From NCBI GenBank assembly GCA_965645245.1, contig OZ287082.1, positions 868,001 through 932,000 on the forward strand: a stretch of DNA of 64,000 nucleotides, in the 5' to 3' direction. Source of the DNA: Massalongia carnosa. Its lineage: Eukaryota. Within the stretch, counting starts at the first letter, position 1. Each line of letters begins with the position of its first letter. Shown piece by piece: positions 34,090 through 43,944 of the stretch. The notes beneath the pieces are model-generated. The model was not told where the DNA came from. It did not search any database and saw nothing but the letters and a program-made list of their open reading frames with translations. A program made the position numbers and the translations under genes.

Positions 34090-34800
34090 TGACGTTGACC
34101 CAGAGGCAGACTCCAGTGGACCAATTCCATTGTTTGACCTCTGCTGCATCACTATCATTTGACTTTTGACCCAGAGGCAGACTCCAGTGGACTAGCTCCA
34201 AGGTTTGACCTCTGCTGCATCATCACTCATTTGACATTAACCCAGAGACAGACTCCAGTGGACCAGTTCCAATGAGTGACCTCTGCTGCATCATCATTCA
34301 TTTGACTTTGACCCAGAGACAGAACTCCAGCGGACCAGTTCCAACGATTGACCTCTGCTGCATCATCATTCATTTGACTTTGACCCAGAGACAGAACTCC
34401 AGTGGACCAGTTCCAACGATTGACCTCTGCTGCATCATCATTCATTTGACTTTGACCCAGGAACAGACCTTTTCACTGAGTTTTGTTCAAAAACCGCGCA
34501 GCGCGGCCTTGACCACTTATGAAACTCTGATTTCTGCTGAATCATCAATTGACTGACGTTGACCCAAGGGCAGACTTCATTCTGACTTTTGCTACATCAC
34601 CACTCAACTTACTTTGACCCAGAGACCGACCATCTAAACTATTTTTCAGGGTCCGATTTCTGCTGAATCATCAAATGACTGACGTTGACCCAAGGGCAGA
34701 CTTCATTCTGACTTTTGCTGCATCAGCACTCAACATACTTTGATCCAGAGACAGACTTAGGAAATTCAGTTCCAAGGTTTGATCCTTGCTGCATCATTCA
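34090..34800. repeat. Tandem repeats in the copia C leader: about 5.5 copies of 71-72 bp, then 2 of about 125 bp
   Basis: ACCCAGAG..AGA.CTCCAGTGGACCA...GACCTCTGCTGCATCA recurs near 34098, 34169, 34240, 34311, 34383 and 34455. Confidence 0.9.
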
Positions 34801-35239
34801 TTAACAGACTTTCTGACTAGTCTACGCGTATACAGATGGAGTAATCAGACTTCAATTAAGCAGAACGCCTCAATCGGGAAATTCAATCCGGAAAAAACCT
34901 TATTCCATTTAACAGGCCCGGCCTATTAAATGGAACGGTCGGACCGTGGTTCCGACAGCCCCCTATCTCCATATCACCAAGTGAAAGTTTCACCATCTGA
35001 AGAGAGTTCTTTCATGAGGGTACAAGCGTTGTGGCAAAGAAAGGAACATCACAGTTTGATGACAAAGGAAGGGAAATGTTTTGTCTATAACTAGATCACA
35101 TATTCCCATCTCCTCCATTCATTCCAGTGCACATCCTACTCCTGCACCAATCTCAGAAACTTAGATACCTTTCAATCTACAAAAGTTTACTAGAGACCTC
35201 TTCTTCATCTTCATCTGACTCTCTTCATCTGACTTCATC

Positions 35240-36175
35240 ATGTCTCTTCCTGAAATCAACAGTTCCACAGAGAAGCCTCACCTTCTAGAGAACTCGGAAC
35301 ACTACTCAGCATGGGCTAGTTACACCAGAGGTATTCTGCTGAAGAATAAGTGTGACACAGCCATTCTGGAAACCCAACCAGAGATCTCATTGGACTCCAT
35401 CAGAGAGAGCCTCATCGTATCAGGGTTTACTCCGGCCAGTCTTACTACCAGCATCCTCGTCAAAGAACTTCGGGATGATAAGAACAGACAGAAAACCGAG
35501 ATGACCAAGGCTATTAGAATCATCCATGGACTAGTTGCACCATGTCACTACAACCTCATCAATAACAAGACCGCTGCCGAGATGTGGGCCATTCTGAAGA
35601 ATAGATTCCAGGACGTGGCACCAATGAGCATCACGGATGTCATCTTGAGGGTTAGTACGAAAAAGATGAGAGACTTCGACACAGTCAGTCAATACTGTTC
35701 AGAGTATGACGGTGCCTTCAATCAGATCAAGGGCATGTTGATCGAAGAGGTCAAGGTGAACGTCGACTCCATAGAGTTTGTACTTCAGGGAATGCTGCTT
35801 GGTAACTGCACAGACAAGTATGACCCGCTCATTGCACAACTCCGCAGGGACTGGACGCACGACACCACAAACCTTTCGGAAACAACAAAAATCCTCATAG
35901 CCTATGCACGAAACCTAACTGTCAAGGCTTTTCACACTGGCGCTTCCAACAGAGGTAGAGCACCTATCGGAAGTTGCACCGTTCCAGAGTGTGTAAATAG
36001 GAACAGAACACGACATTGGCCAGATGATTGTTTCCAGAAATTCCCCCATCTAAAACGGGCGAGAGGAGACACGGCTGAATCAGGGAGGGTCAAGAGACAA
36101 AAGAACTCCAATCCAGAAGTCACCACGTCAACTCCAGACACCACAGTCACTACAACTCCCACAGTGAGCAGTTGA
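35240..36175 (+). CDS. gag: Copia C Gag
   Basis: TAAEMWAILKNRF; Cys/His knuckle CTVPEC..H.PDDC. Confidence 0.9.
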   Translation: MSLPEINSSTEKPHLLENSEHYSAWASYTRGILLKNKCDTAILETQPEISLDSIRESLIVSGFTPASLTTSILVKELRDDKNRQKTEMTKAIRIIHGLVAPCHYNLINNKTAAEMWAILKNRFQDVAPMSITDVILRVSTKKMRDFDTVSQYCSEYDGAFNQIKGMLIEEVKVNVDSIEFVLQGMLLGNCTDKYDPLIAQLRRDWTHDTTNLSETTKILIAYARNLTVKAFHTGASNRGRAPIGSCTVPECVNRNRTRHWPDDCFQKFPHLKRARGDTAESGRVKRQKNSNPEVTTSTPDTTVTTTPTVSS

Positions 36176-39100
36176 CTCACAGTGGTCATGACTACCACTC
36201 TACAGAAGGTCATGACCATCAATCATCTCAACAGAGACACCTGGCTACTAGACAGCGCAGCGGACATGCACGTATGCAATCACAGGCCGTCGTTCATCAA
36301 CTACATAACACGCTCCACAGGTCTGGCAGGATCTACATCAGATGGCACGTCTCCAGGGAGGGGAATGAGCCGGAAAACGTTGGCACTACAGGACGACTCA
36401 CCCTCGTCAGTGTTAATACTGAACAATGTTCTTTTCATTCCACAGTGTCCAGTGAACCTCGTCAGTCTGGCACTACTCAACCAAAACAACATCTACTATG
36501 ACAATGTTAACTGGACCCTATTCAACGGGATTAGTCAGAACATCATAGGCTATGTGCCAAGAGTCAATACAAACTTTGTACTAAAGACCTTGGACGCCCC
36601 AGACGTGGCTACACATCTTATGCAGACAGATGAGAGCACCTTTCAGTGGCCGAACACATCAGTCTACCACACGTCAGCCATAACAGACCTGTCAACATGG
36701 CATGCGCGTCTTGGTCATTTAAACCTGATCACCTGCCGAGCTTTTCTGAAAAGACTCGATGTGTCGTACTCAGACAACGTGAACAAAGATTGGTACTGTT
36801 CATCCTGTGAACTCGGAAAGGCCACTAAGATGTACAACCGGACACCTCAGGAGAGAGCAACAGGCATCTTTCAAAGGGTTCATTCCGATCTAGTAGGACC
36901 CATCAAACCAGCAGGACTTCTTGAAGAACAGTACTTCTTTACCTTCACCTGCGATGCCAGCAGATACACTCATGTGTATACAGGCATCAAGAAGAGCGAA
37001 TGGTTTGATCATCTGTTGACATACTACAGTCTAGCTCAGAACAAGACAGGAAAGAGCAAGCCAATAAACATCTTTCGAACTGATTTCGGCACAGAACTTC
37101 GAAGTCTGAAATCGGATGATTGGTTCTTGAAAGAAGGGATAACGTTTGAACCCTCCGCACCGTATTCACAGGAACAAAACGGTGTGTCTGAACGAACAGG
37201 CAGAACTATCATGGACATGACTAGATGTACCATCATTGCAGGAGGCATTCCGGACTACCTATGGACAGAGGTGGTTTTAGCTATGGTTCACACAAAAAAC
37301 GTCAGACCTACAAATGCTTTATCCGGAAAGACCCCATTTGAAATTTACGAGTCAAAGTCACCTCCTCTGAATCATCTGCGAGTGTTGGGATCAACCGTGT
37401 ATGTCCTCATTCATGAGGAAGAACGCAAAGGCGCCAACAGCAAATCGGCCAAATTTCTACCTCGGGCCCAACGCGGAGTCTTGTGTGGGTACGATGGATG
37501 CACGATCTATCGAGTCTTTCTGGAAAAGGACTACAGGGTCATCAGGGTCAAAGATCTGCGCATTCACGAAGACGCCATCTCCAAAGACCAGACCAACGTT
37601 CCTACATACGAAGCCATCATGACTCCCGATATAGTCACTCCATCAAAATCAACAGTCATTTCATCCCCCACAACGATTCCAAAACGTGGACGTGGCAGAC
37701 CCAGAAAGCATGCTCAGATAGAACACGCATTGTCTCTTCTATCAGACACAGCTTTAGATGAACTCAATCATACTCCTACATACTCCTACATAGACACAGA
37801 GGATCCACTCGTTCTTCTTGCCAGAACCTTGGAGAAGGAAGGATCATCAGGATTGGAAGACTATGACGCACTGTCTCAACTCGACATAGCTGAACCTCAG
37901 ACATACCATCAAGCTATGAAAGGTCCACATTCAGAAAGCTGGAGTCGTTCCATGGACAATGAACACAACAGTCTTCTCGAGAACGAAACATGGACTCTTG
38001 TCAGAACCGAGGATATGGAGCCCAATCATACTGCTCTCAGTGGAAAATGGGTATACAAACTGAAACGAGACGTCAATGGAAATATCACACGGTACAAATC
38101 CAGATGGGTGGTGAAAGGCTATCTCCAGCAGTACGGAGTAGATTTCGAACAGACCTATGCCTCCGTAGTGAAACCAATGGCCTTCCGATTATTGTTTACC
38201 ATAGCAGCTCATCATGACTTGGACATCGAACAGCTTGATATCGTCACAGCATTCTTGTATGGGGTAATAGATCAATTGATTTACGTCCAAATGCCCAAAG
38301 GATATGAAAAAGCGGGCATGATCTGCAAACTGAACAAGGCTCTCTATGGCCTGAAACAATCTCCACGCCTATGGTATGAAAGGCTATCCGAATTTCTACT
38401 TACCAAGCTGGGTCTGTCCAAACTTCACGCAGATCATAGTATCTTCTCTTCTTCGGCAGGAATAAGAGGTCCAATTGTTACCTCCTTCGTTGATGATCTG
38501 AACATCATAGGTCCAAAGGGATCTCCAATGATATCTAAAGTCAAGAAACAACTGAACATTGCGTTCAAGATGGTGGAAATGGGCTCAATCAGTCATTATC
38601 TAGGCCTAAAGGTAGAACGAAATCGCGATAACAGAACAATCAAACTATCTCAATCTACCTACATCGAAAAGGTCCTGGAGAAGTTTCATATGCAGAACGC
38701 GAAAACTACCACCACCCCAATGAAAGAAGGCAGTCTATTCAGAAATGAATCCCAGGCCTCAGAATCAGACATTAAACAGTATCAAGCAATCGTCGGCTCC
38801 ATCATGTTTGCTATGATAGAAACAAGGCCTGACATTGCCTACGCGACCTCAGTGGTCAGCCGACATGCCAAAAATCCTGGCAAATCACACATGGAGGCAG
38901 CCAAGCAGATTCTCAGATATCTCAGTGCAACCAGAGACAGAGGCATTACCTTTGGTGGCGGAGATTTGTCTATACAGGGCTATTCCGATTCTGATTGGGC
39001 CGGTGACAAGGAAGACCGCAAGTCCACCTCCGGATACGTCTTCATGCTGAACAATGGACCAATCAGTTGGGCCTCAAAAAGACAGAAAACCGTTGCCCTC

Positions 39101-39478
39101 TCATCCACAGAAGCCGAATATATGGCACTCACCTTAGCTGCTAAAAAGACCATATGGATACGCTTATTGATGACAGAACTCGGCCTGATGCAGGATGATG
39201 CTACTCCGACAGTGAATGTACTTGAAAGGGAAGGCGCTATAGCATTGAAAGGTGATAATCAGAGTGCTATAGCACTGGCCAATAATCCCGTCTTACATTC
39301 AAGGACTAAGCACATCGACATTCAGCATCACTTCATACGGAATGAGGTCACAGAGGGTCGAATAGACCTTACCTATGTTTCAACAGAACACATGGTAGCG
39401 GACGGACTGACCAAACCGCTTACCCACGTCAAATTCTTCTCCTTCATCAGACAACTTCACATGAATTCATCTAGTTGA
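36176..39478 (+). CDS. pol: Copia C Pol (PR-IN-RT-RH), in frame with gag after a single TGA
   Basis: WLLDSAAD, WHARLGH, RTDFGTE, QNGVSER, KALYGLKQSPR, FVDDL, YSDSDWAG, KHIDIQHH. Confidence 0.95.
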   Translation, partial: LTVVMTTTLQKVMTINHLNRDTWLLDSAADMHVCNHRPSFINYITRSTGLAGSTSDGTSPGRGMSRKTLALQDDSPSSVLILNNVLFIPQCPVNLVSLALLNQNNIYYDNVNWTLFNGISQNIIGYVPRVNTNFVLKTLDAPDVATHLMQTDESTFQWPNTSVYHTSAITDLSTWHARLGHLNLITCRAFLKRLDVSYSDNVNKDWYCSSCELGKATKMYNRTPQERATGIFQRVHSDLVGPIKPAGLLEEQYFFTFTCDASRYTHVYTGIKKSEWFDHLLTYYSLAQNKTGKSKPINIFRTDFGTELRSLKSDDWFLKEGITFEPSAPYSQEQNGVSERTGRTIMDMTRCTIIAGGIPDYLWTEVVLAMVHTKNVRPTNALSGKTPFEIYESKSPPLNHLRVLGSTVYVLIHEEERKGANSKSAKFLPRAQRGVLCGYDGCTIYRVFLEKDYRVIRVKDLRIHEDAISKDQTNVPTYEAIMTPDIVTPSKSTVISSPTTIPKRGRGRPRKHAQIEHALSLLSDTALDELNHTPTYSYIDTEDPLVLLARTLEKEGSSGLEDYDALSQLDIAEPQTYHQAMKGPHSESWSRSMDNEHNSLLENETWTLVRTEDMEPNHTALSGKWVYKLKRDVNGNITRYKSRWVVKGYLQQYGVDFEQTYASVVKPMAFRLLFTIAAHHDLDIEQLDIVTAFLYGVIDQLIYVQMPKGYEKAGMICKLNKALYGLKQSPRLWYERLSEFLLTKLGLSKLHADHSIFSSSAGIRGPIVTSFVDDLNIIGPKGSPMISKVKKQLNIAFKMVEMGSISHYLGLKVERNRDNRTIKLSQSTYIEKVLEKFHMQNAKTTTTPMKEGSLFRNESQASESDIKQYQAIVGSIMFAMIETRPDIAYATSVVSRHAKNPGKSHMEAAKQILRYLSATRDRGITFGGGDLSIQGYSDSDWAGDKEDRKSTSGYVFMLNNGPISWASKRQKTVALSSTEAEYMALTLAAKKTIWIRLLMTELGLMQDDATPTVNVLEREGAIALKGDNQSAIALANNPVLHSRTKHIDIQHHFIRNEVTEGRIDLTYVSTEHMVADGLTKPLTHVKFFSFIRQLHMNSSS

Positions 39479-41683
39479 GTTCATACCGCGCAGCGCGGTT
39501 TTGATCATCAGAACAAGTACTGGCAGAACTTGAGGGAGGGTGTTGAATGTTCAACTTCTACCAGCATTGCCTAGCCGATAGATTAGATAAGATCAGATCT
39601 AATCTAATCGCATAGAGGCTCGGATAAACTATTATCATCTCGCTTAGCAGAGGTGACCAATATAAAGGGAACAGATTGCTCTGCACTCCGTAGCAACTCT
39701 GCATCATTAACATCATGGTCATACAGCCCCTATCTTTACATAGTCATATAGCCATAGTCATAGACCTATTCAACAGTTTGTTTCCGCATACATCCAAAAG
39801 TTCCCTAATTTAGGTGCACATAGTACACAAAGGGTGGAAGGTTTGCATTCGTTGATAAAGAATGTGACAAATAGGCATACATCTATTAAGGATTCGATGC
39901 GGAGAATATGCGAAACAGTACAAAGGATTCAGATTGATTACGAAATATCAATCAATCATCAACGAATCAACAACTCTCGATCAATGAATAGAAGAGCGCT
40001 CAAAGACCTTATAGGTTTAATAACTCATCATGCTATTGATCTCATATTTAGAGAGTTGAATGTAGCTGAACTTTTAACCGAAAATTTCAATCAATAGGTT
40101 TCTTTTGAAGTTGAAGAGACTGCATTAATCGAATCAATCGATGAGAATTGTATGTATGATTACGATCTTTCGTGCAGATGATGATTGTATCGTTGCGTCA
40201 TTGATGTTATCCTCATACTTATTTTCCTCATTCATCCCCGCTGATTTTTCGATGACCCGCCTTTTGTGATCTCGTGGAGAATGGTTTTCGATCTCACCAT
40301 AAATTTCGCTGAGATGTTTCGAAGAGCAGCTCACAGGAAGACCACAGAAGAGCAGAATGAAAAGGCGGATGAGGGGGGGAATGCTCAACAAACACAAGAA
40401 TCTGAGCCGGAAGAGGAGATCGAGAAGGCCGTTGACAATAATACTAAGGATAGATTTCGTCGCGGGGGTGTTGATTTGCTGCATGCGGTCGCACATCAAT
40501 CTATTGATTTTCATAAATCAATAGAAAATGTGCATAGAAGGGAAGGATACACTCGTGAACTCGTCAAATTCACTGCTATTTTCAATAAAAATGGCAGGAT
40601 AAGGAGCTGGCGAGGCCACTTATCCCTACAACTTTCCCCGACGAAATCCGACCGAAGGACAACCTCATGTATAAAAAGAGTGAGAGTCGCCAGCGGGCTT
40701 ACACTGGCCGTGAGGCAGCTGAGGTAGATGAAGCTAAGCAGCGACGTGCTAAACGTAAGGACTCGATTGAAGAAGGGAGGAGAAGAAGGCATGAGAATGA
40801 ATTGCGGGCAGGCGGTGAAGACAAGGGTATGATTGATGATAAAAAACCTACGATATCAGCAAATCGATCGATGTAGCGCGGCTAATATTCGATATAGATT
40901 CCGGAGATGCTATCATCGAATCTGACGATGATGACCTGCAATATATAGCAACTCAGCCTATCCTCAATCCTCCACTCTCTCTGAATGAGAATGATGATTT
41001 TATCCCTTCATCCCCGACATCTTCTTCCGATTCATTTGAATATATTGATGAATTACTGACGAAACATAGTCAATAGGCTCTTTTTTAAACGGTTCCCTCT
41101 TCAAAGCTCCTTCCCTTTATAAGTTAGCCTCAGTCAAAAAAACATCCGCGCTAGCTAGCTATTATCCACATCGTCTGCAATAACAATACGAGGGTTACGG
41201 GTGTGATAGCCAAAAAATCGAAGGCTCAGTTGGAGTTGGAGTCTTAGCAGAGGGTCGATCAAGCGGCCAAACAAGCAAGGGCTGAGGAGAGGAAAAACGC
41301 AGCTGCAAGAAAGGTTGCTAAGACTATGAAGCCTAAAAAGGATGATGTTTCGCAATTGAATGATGCATTTTCGGAATTGAGATCATCGCAATGAGTGATA
41401 GGAGTAGTAGTAATAGTAGTAGTATGAATAGATGAGGATTTTTCAGAATGCGGGACTAAGCTAAATCAGCTAGAGGAAGCTTGCGAAGAGACGGTGGACG
41501 TGCACATATTTAGTATGAGGAGGTGGCTTGTAGCTAGTCCTAATTTGCAATGATTTTCGCTGGGGGGACGGTGAGGGGGACTGTCCCGAATCTTCTCGCT
41601 GCGAATTCATACACTTAATGTCCTCGACTGACGGTCGTTCATAATCCCTCACCTTTCGACGTGCGTGGAGTTATTCCTTGATT

Positions 41684-42843
41684 ATGCTTCCTAGCTCCAG
41701 TATGAAGGAGACTTCATTGCCCCATCGCTATGCGAAATCGCTCGCCAACCACGGATACGGACATGCGTTGTACGAACCAATATCCGTCCAAGATCTCCAG
41801 CCCGGGAGCTGTGGATACCTCAACGGCGAAGGCGCATGGAATCCCGTCGTCCGACTGGACCAGACCGACGAGCTTCGCAAGTATGGTCTCGGGGTGTGCA
41901 ATCTGCAGAAAGCGCCGCAAAGCACGAGGAGCTGGGGGCCGAAAGTCTCCTCTACAGTCACGCAAACCAAGCTCGACTTCAAGGCTGACGCATCGTGAGT
42001 TCTCGTCTTCCTGGTCTGGGTGATCGTGATCGTCCTTGCCCCGCATGAATGGTGACCAAAATGCTAGGCTCCTACCAGCGGGAATACCAGTCGATATTGG
42101 CGCGTTGTTCCAATACGAAGTGAGTCACGACGAAGGGACCATACTCCTGACTTCATCGCCAGTCATCAAAGAATCGCTGTATCACGAAGAGCCATTCAAG
42201 CAATGGGTGAAACACAATGCTCGCATCATCGCCACCGTGTGGCCTGACGTTTTGACACACGGGCTCTACATCGTGACATCCACGCATTCTACGGCCGAGG
42301 CGCGCATGAACATCTTGCGGAGCAACACCCACCGAGTCGCTGTGGGCTTCAACGTCGGGTTTACGCCCGTCGGGGAGATCGCGCCGACGGGCACGTGGTA
42401 CACCGCGTCTGCCGATAGCGGCTGGATCACGGTCAAAGCGGACAAGGTTCGCACATGCCACCACGATGGCTGATCGCTGTTCACGGTGATTGACACGTCG
42501 ATTGACACGTCGGTTAGGCTGGAGACGACAAAGTGGTTTTCTTTGGAGGGCTATACTTCCGATGGCCTTGGGGCGGACTGGCCACGGTGAGCGACGAGTA
42601 TCATACCGAGTCGACTCCCATCTGACGTGCCTGTCACAGGCTCACATCAAGACGGTCCCGTTCATGAAATGGAGAGGCGCGAGTGAAGACGCGCGATCGA
42701 TCACGATTGCGAAAGCGGATCACGCCACTGACACCGAAGATCCCTACGCGGGTTCATTCGACATTGAATGCGTCGCTCTCGGAACCGTGGAACATCGACT
42801 CGCGGAAGAGCCCGCTGCCAGTGACGATGCAGATGATTTCTGA
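41684..42843 (+). CDS. Gasdermin-like pore-forming protein (putative), 320 aa, four exons: 41684-41994, 42068-42446, 42518-42586, 42640-42843
   Basis: Three GT-AG introns give one open frame of 963 nt. Motifs GHALYEP, PGSCGYL, a beta-hairpin-like alternating segment (TKLDFKADAS..GIPVDIGALFQYEV), FKQWV..N, GLYIVTS, a second hairpin (VAVGFNVG), DKVVFFGG, then a 55-aa acidic tail. Alternative ATG at 41702. Exon model is well supported; family call is by motif resemblance only. Confidence 0.62.
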
Positions 42844-43944
42844 AGTTTACGTGAACCCAACCGGTCGCTGTGGCTTGTTTCAAGAGATGACATCATCGCT
42901 CGATGGCACATTCTTCGTCACGATTTGTGCGAACACGATCAATTCTTTCACGTCGTAAAGAGCGGGTTGTTATTTATGATTAAGATGACTAGCTCATCAT
43001 GAAAACCAATGACTTAAAATGATGTCTTTATCGTCATTCCGTTAGAATCTGCTGATTAACACTAATACAATACATTTGCTGCAACTTTCGTAAAATCGAC
43101 TATTAATTATGCATTCATCGTGTAATCACTTGAATTATTGCTTCTTTATTTCCAATCCGACGAGAGTGCAAAATCATTTAGTCCCAACGATTCAATGCGT
43201 GTGTGTCAGTGACCCAAAGGATTCGTGGCTTAAACAGAAGATGATACGTACCTTTATTTAATAGACGGACTTTTCCCTGATTTTTCGAATATTAACCGGA
43301 TCTTCTCGTCATCGTCAGAGCCCCCGCAGTAAAATAAATGAATGCCTCGAGAAGAGTATACACAGAGGTCCTCCGCGGTGCAGAGTGCAACGTGCAGAGT
43401 GCGAAGTGCAGAGAACATCGATGTGCAGTCAACGCCCATCGCCATGCCGACGAGAATGACGATCATGTGCGAACAAACGAGATCTCGTCTCCCAACCTGT
43501 AGAGATTGTGCCGTGTTCGTTGACAATCACGATGGGAGGTCCAAGGTGTCGTCGGCTCGCTGTCAATGATTGCTTTCTCAGCTGGTGCTGGACAACAACA
43601 ATCGCGATAACGCGATGATGCAGCCGAAAAGGCAATCGAAGCCGACGACAGGGTACGTCGGCAGGAGGCATCTTCCGTAAAATGAATCGTTGGACTTTGG
43701 GATAGCGCAAGGCTGGGGCTTTCAGCGGCACAGCGGGTCACGTTATTCGTGCCGCACCCTCCTTCTAGTGCGATGGAAGTTCTCGATTCACTTTCATTAC
43801 TATTACACCTTCATCCAGTGTCTAGTCGGAATGCCGTTATGCTCGATACATGCATAACGTGGACTGCAACGGTGTCAGCCTGCCTGCCTTGATCCGCTCA
43901 TCCGAATCGAAAACAACAACGCCTGGCTGATAACGACGAAGGTG

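Larger units (their letters stand above)
33420..39775 (+). mobile_element. Ty1/copia element C, intact and young, inserted in the MULE transposase
   Basis: LTRs 33420-33655 and 39541-39775 (one substitution and one indel seen); TSD GTTTG; PBS GGTTATGAGCCC at 33656-33667; PPT GAGGGAGGG. Confidence 0.96.
22404..41598 (+). mobile_element. Mutator-like element (MULE), degenerate, carrying nested insertions
   Basis: TIRs about 22404-22480 and 41507-41598 (CCCCCCAGCGAAAATCATT.CAAATTAGGACTAGCTAC.AGCCACCT..CATACTAAATA); 9-bp TSD CTGCGAATT at 22395-22403 and 41599-41607; transposase remnants at about 22750-23257, 31439-31610 (ETDATFNTN) and 33350-33419 + 39781-40100 (NLGAHSTQRVEGLHS). Confidence 0.9.

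Noticed and set aside
34090..34460. Regular repeats resembling a CRISPR array, and 24-aa repeat ORFs
   Set aside because: Whole 72-bp units repeat with no unique spacers; eukaryotic context inside a copia leader
40266..40876. ORFs in the right arm of the MULE as captured host genes
   Set aside because: Low-complexity charged fragments, consistent with a decayed transposase C-terminus
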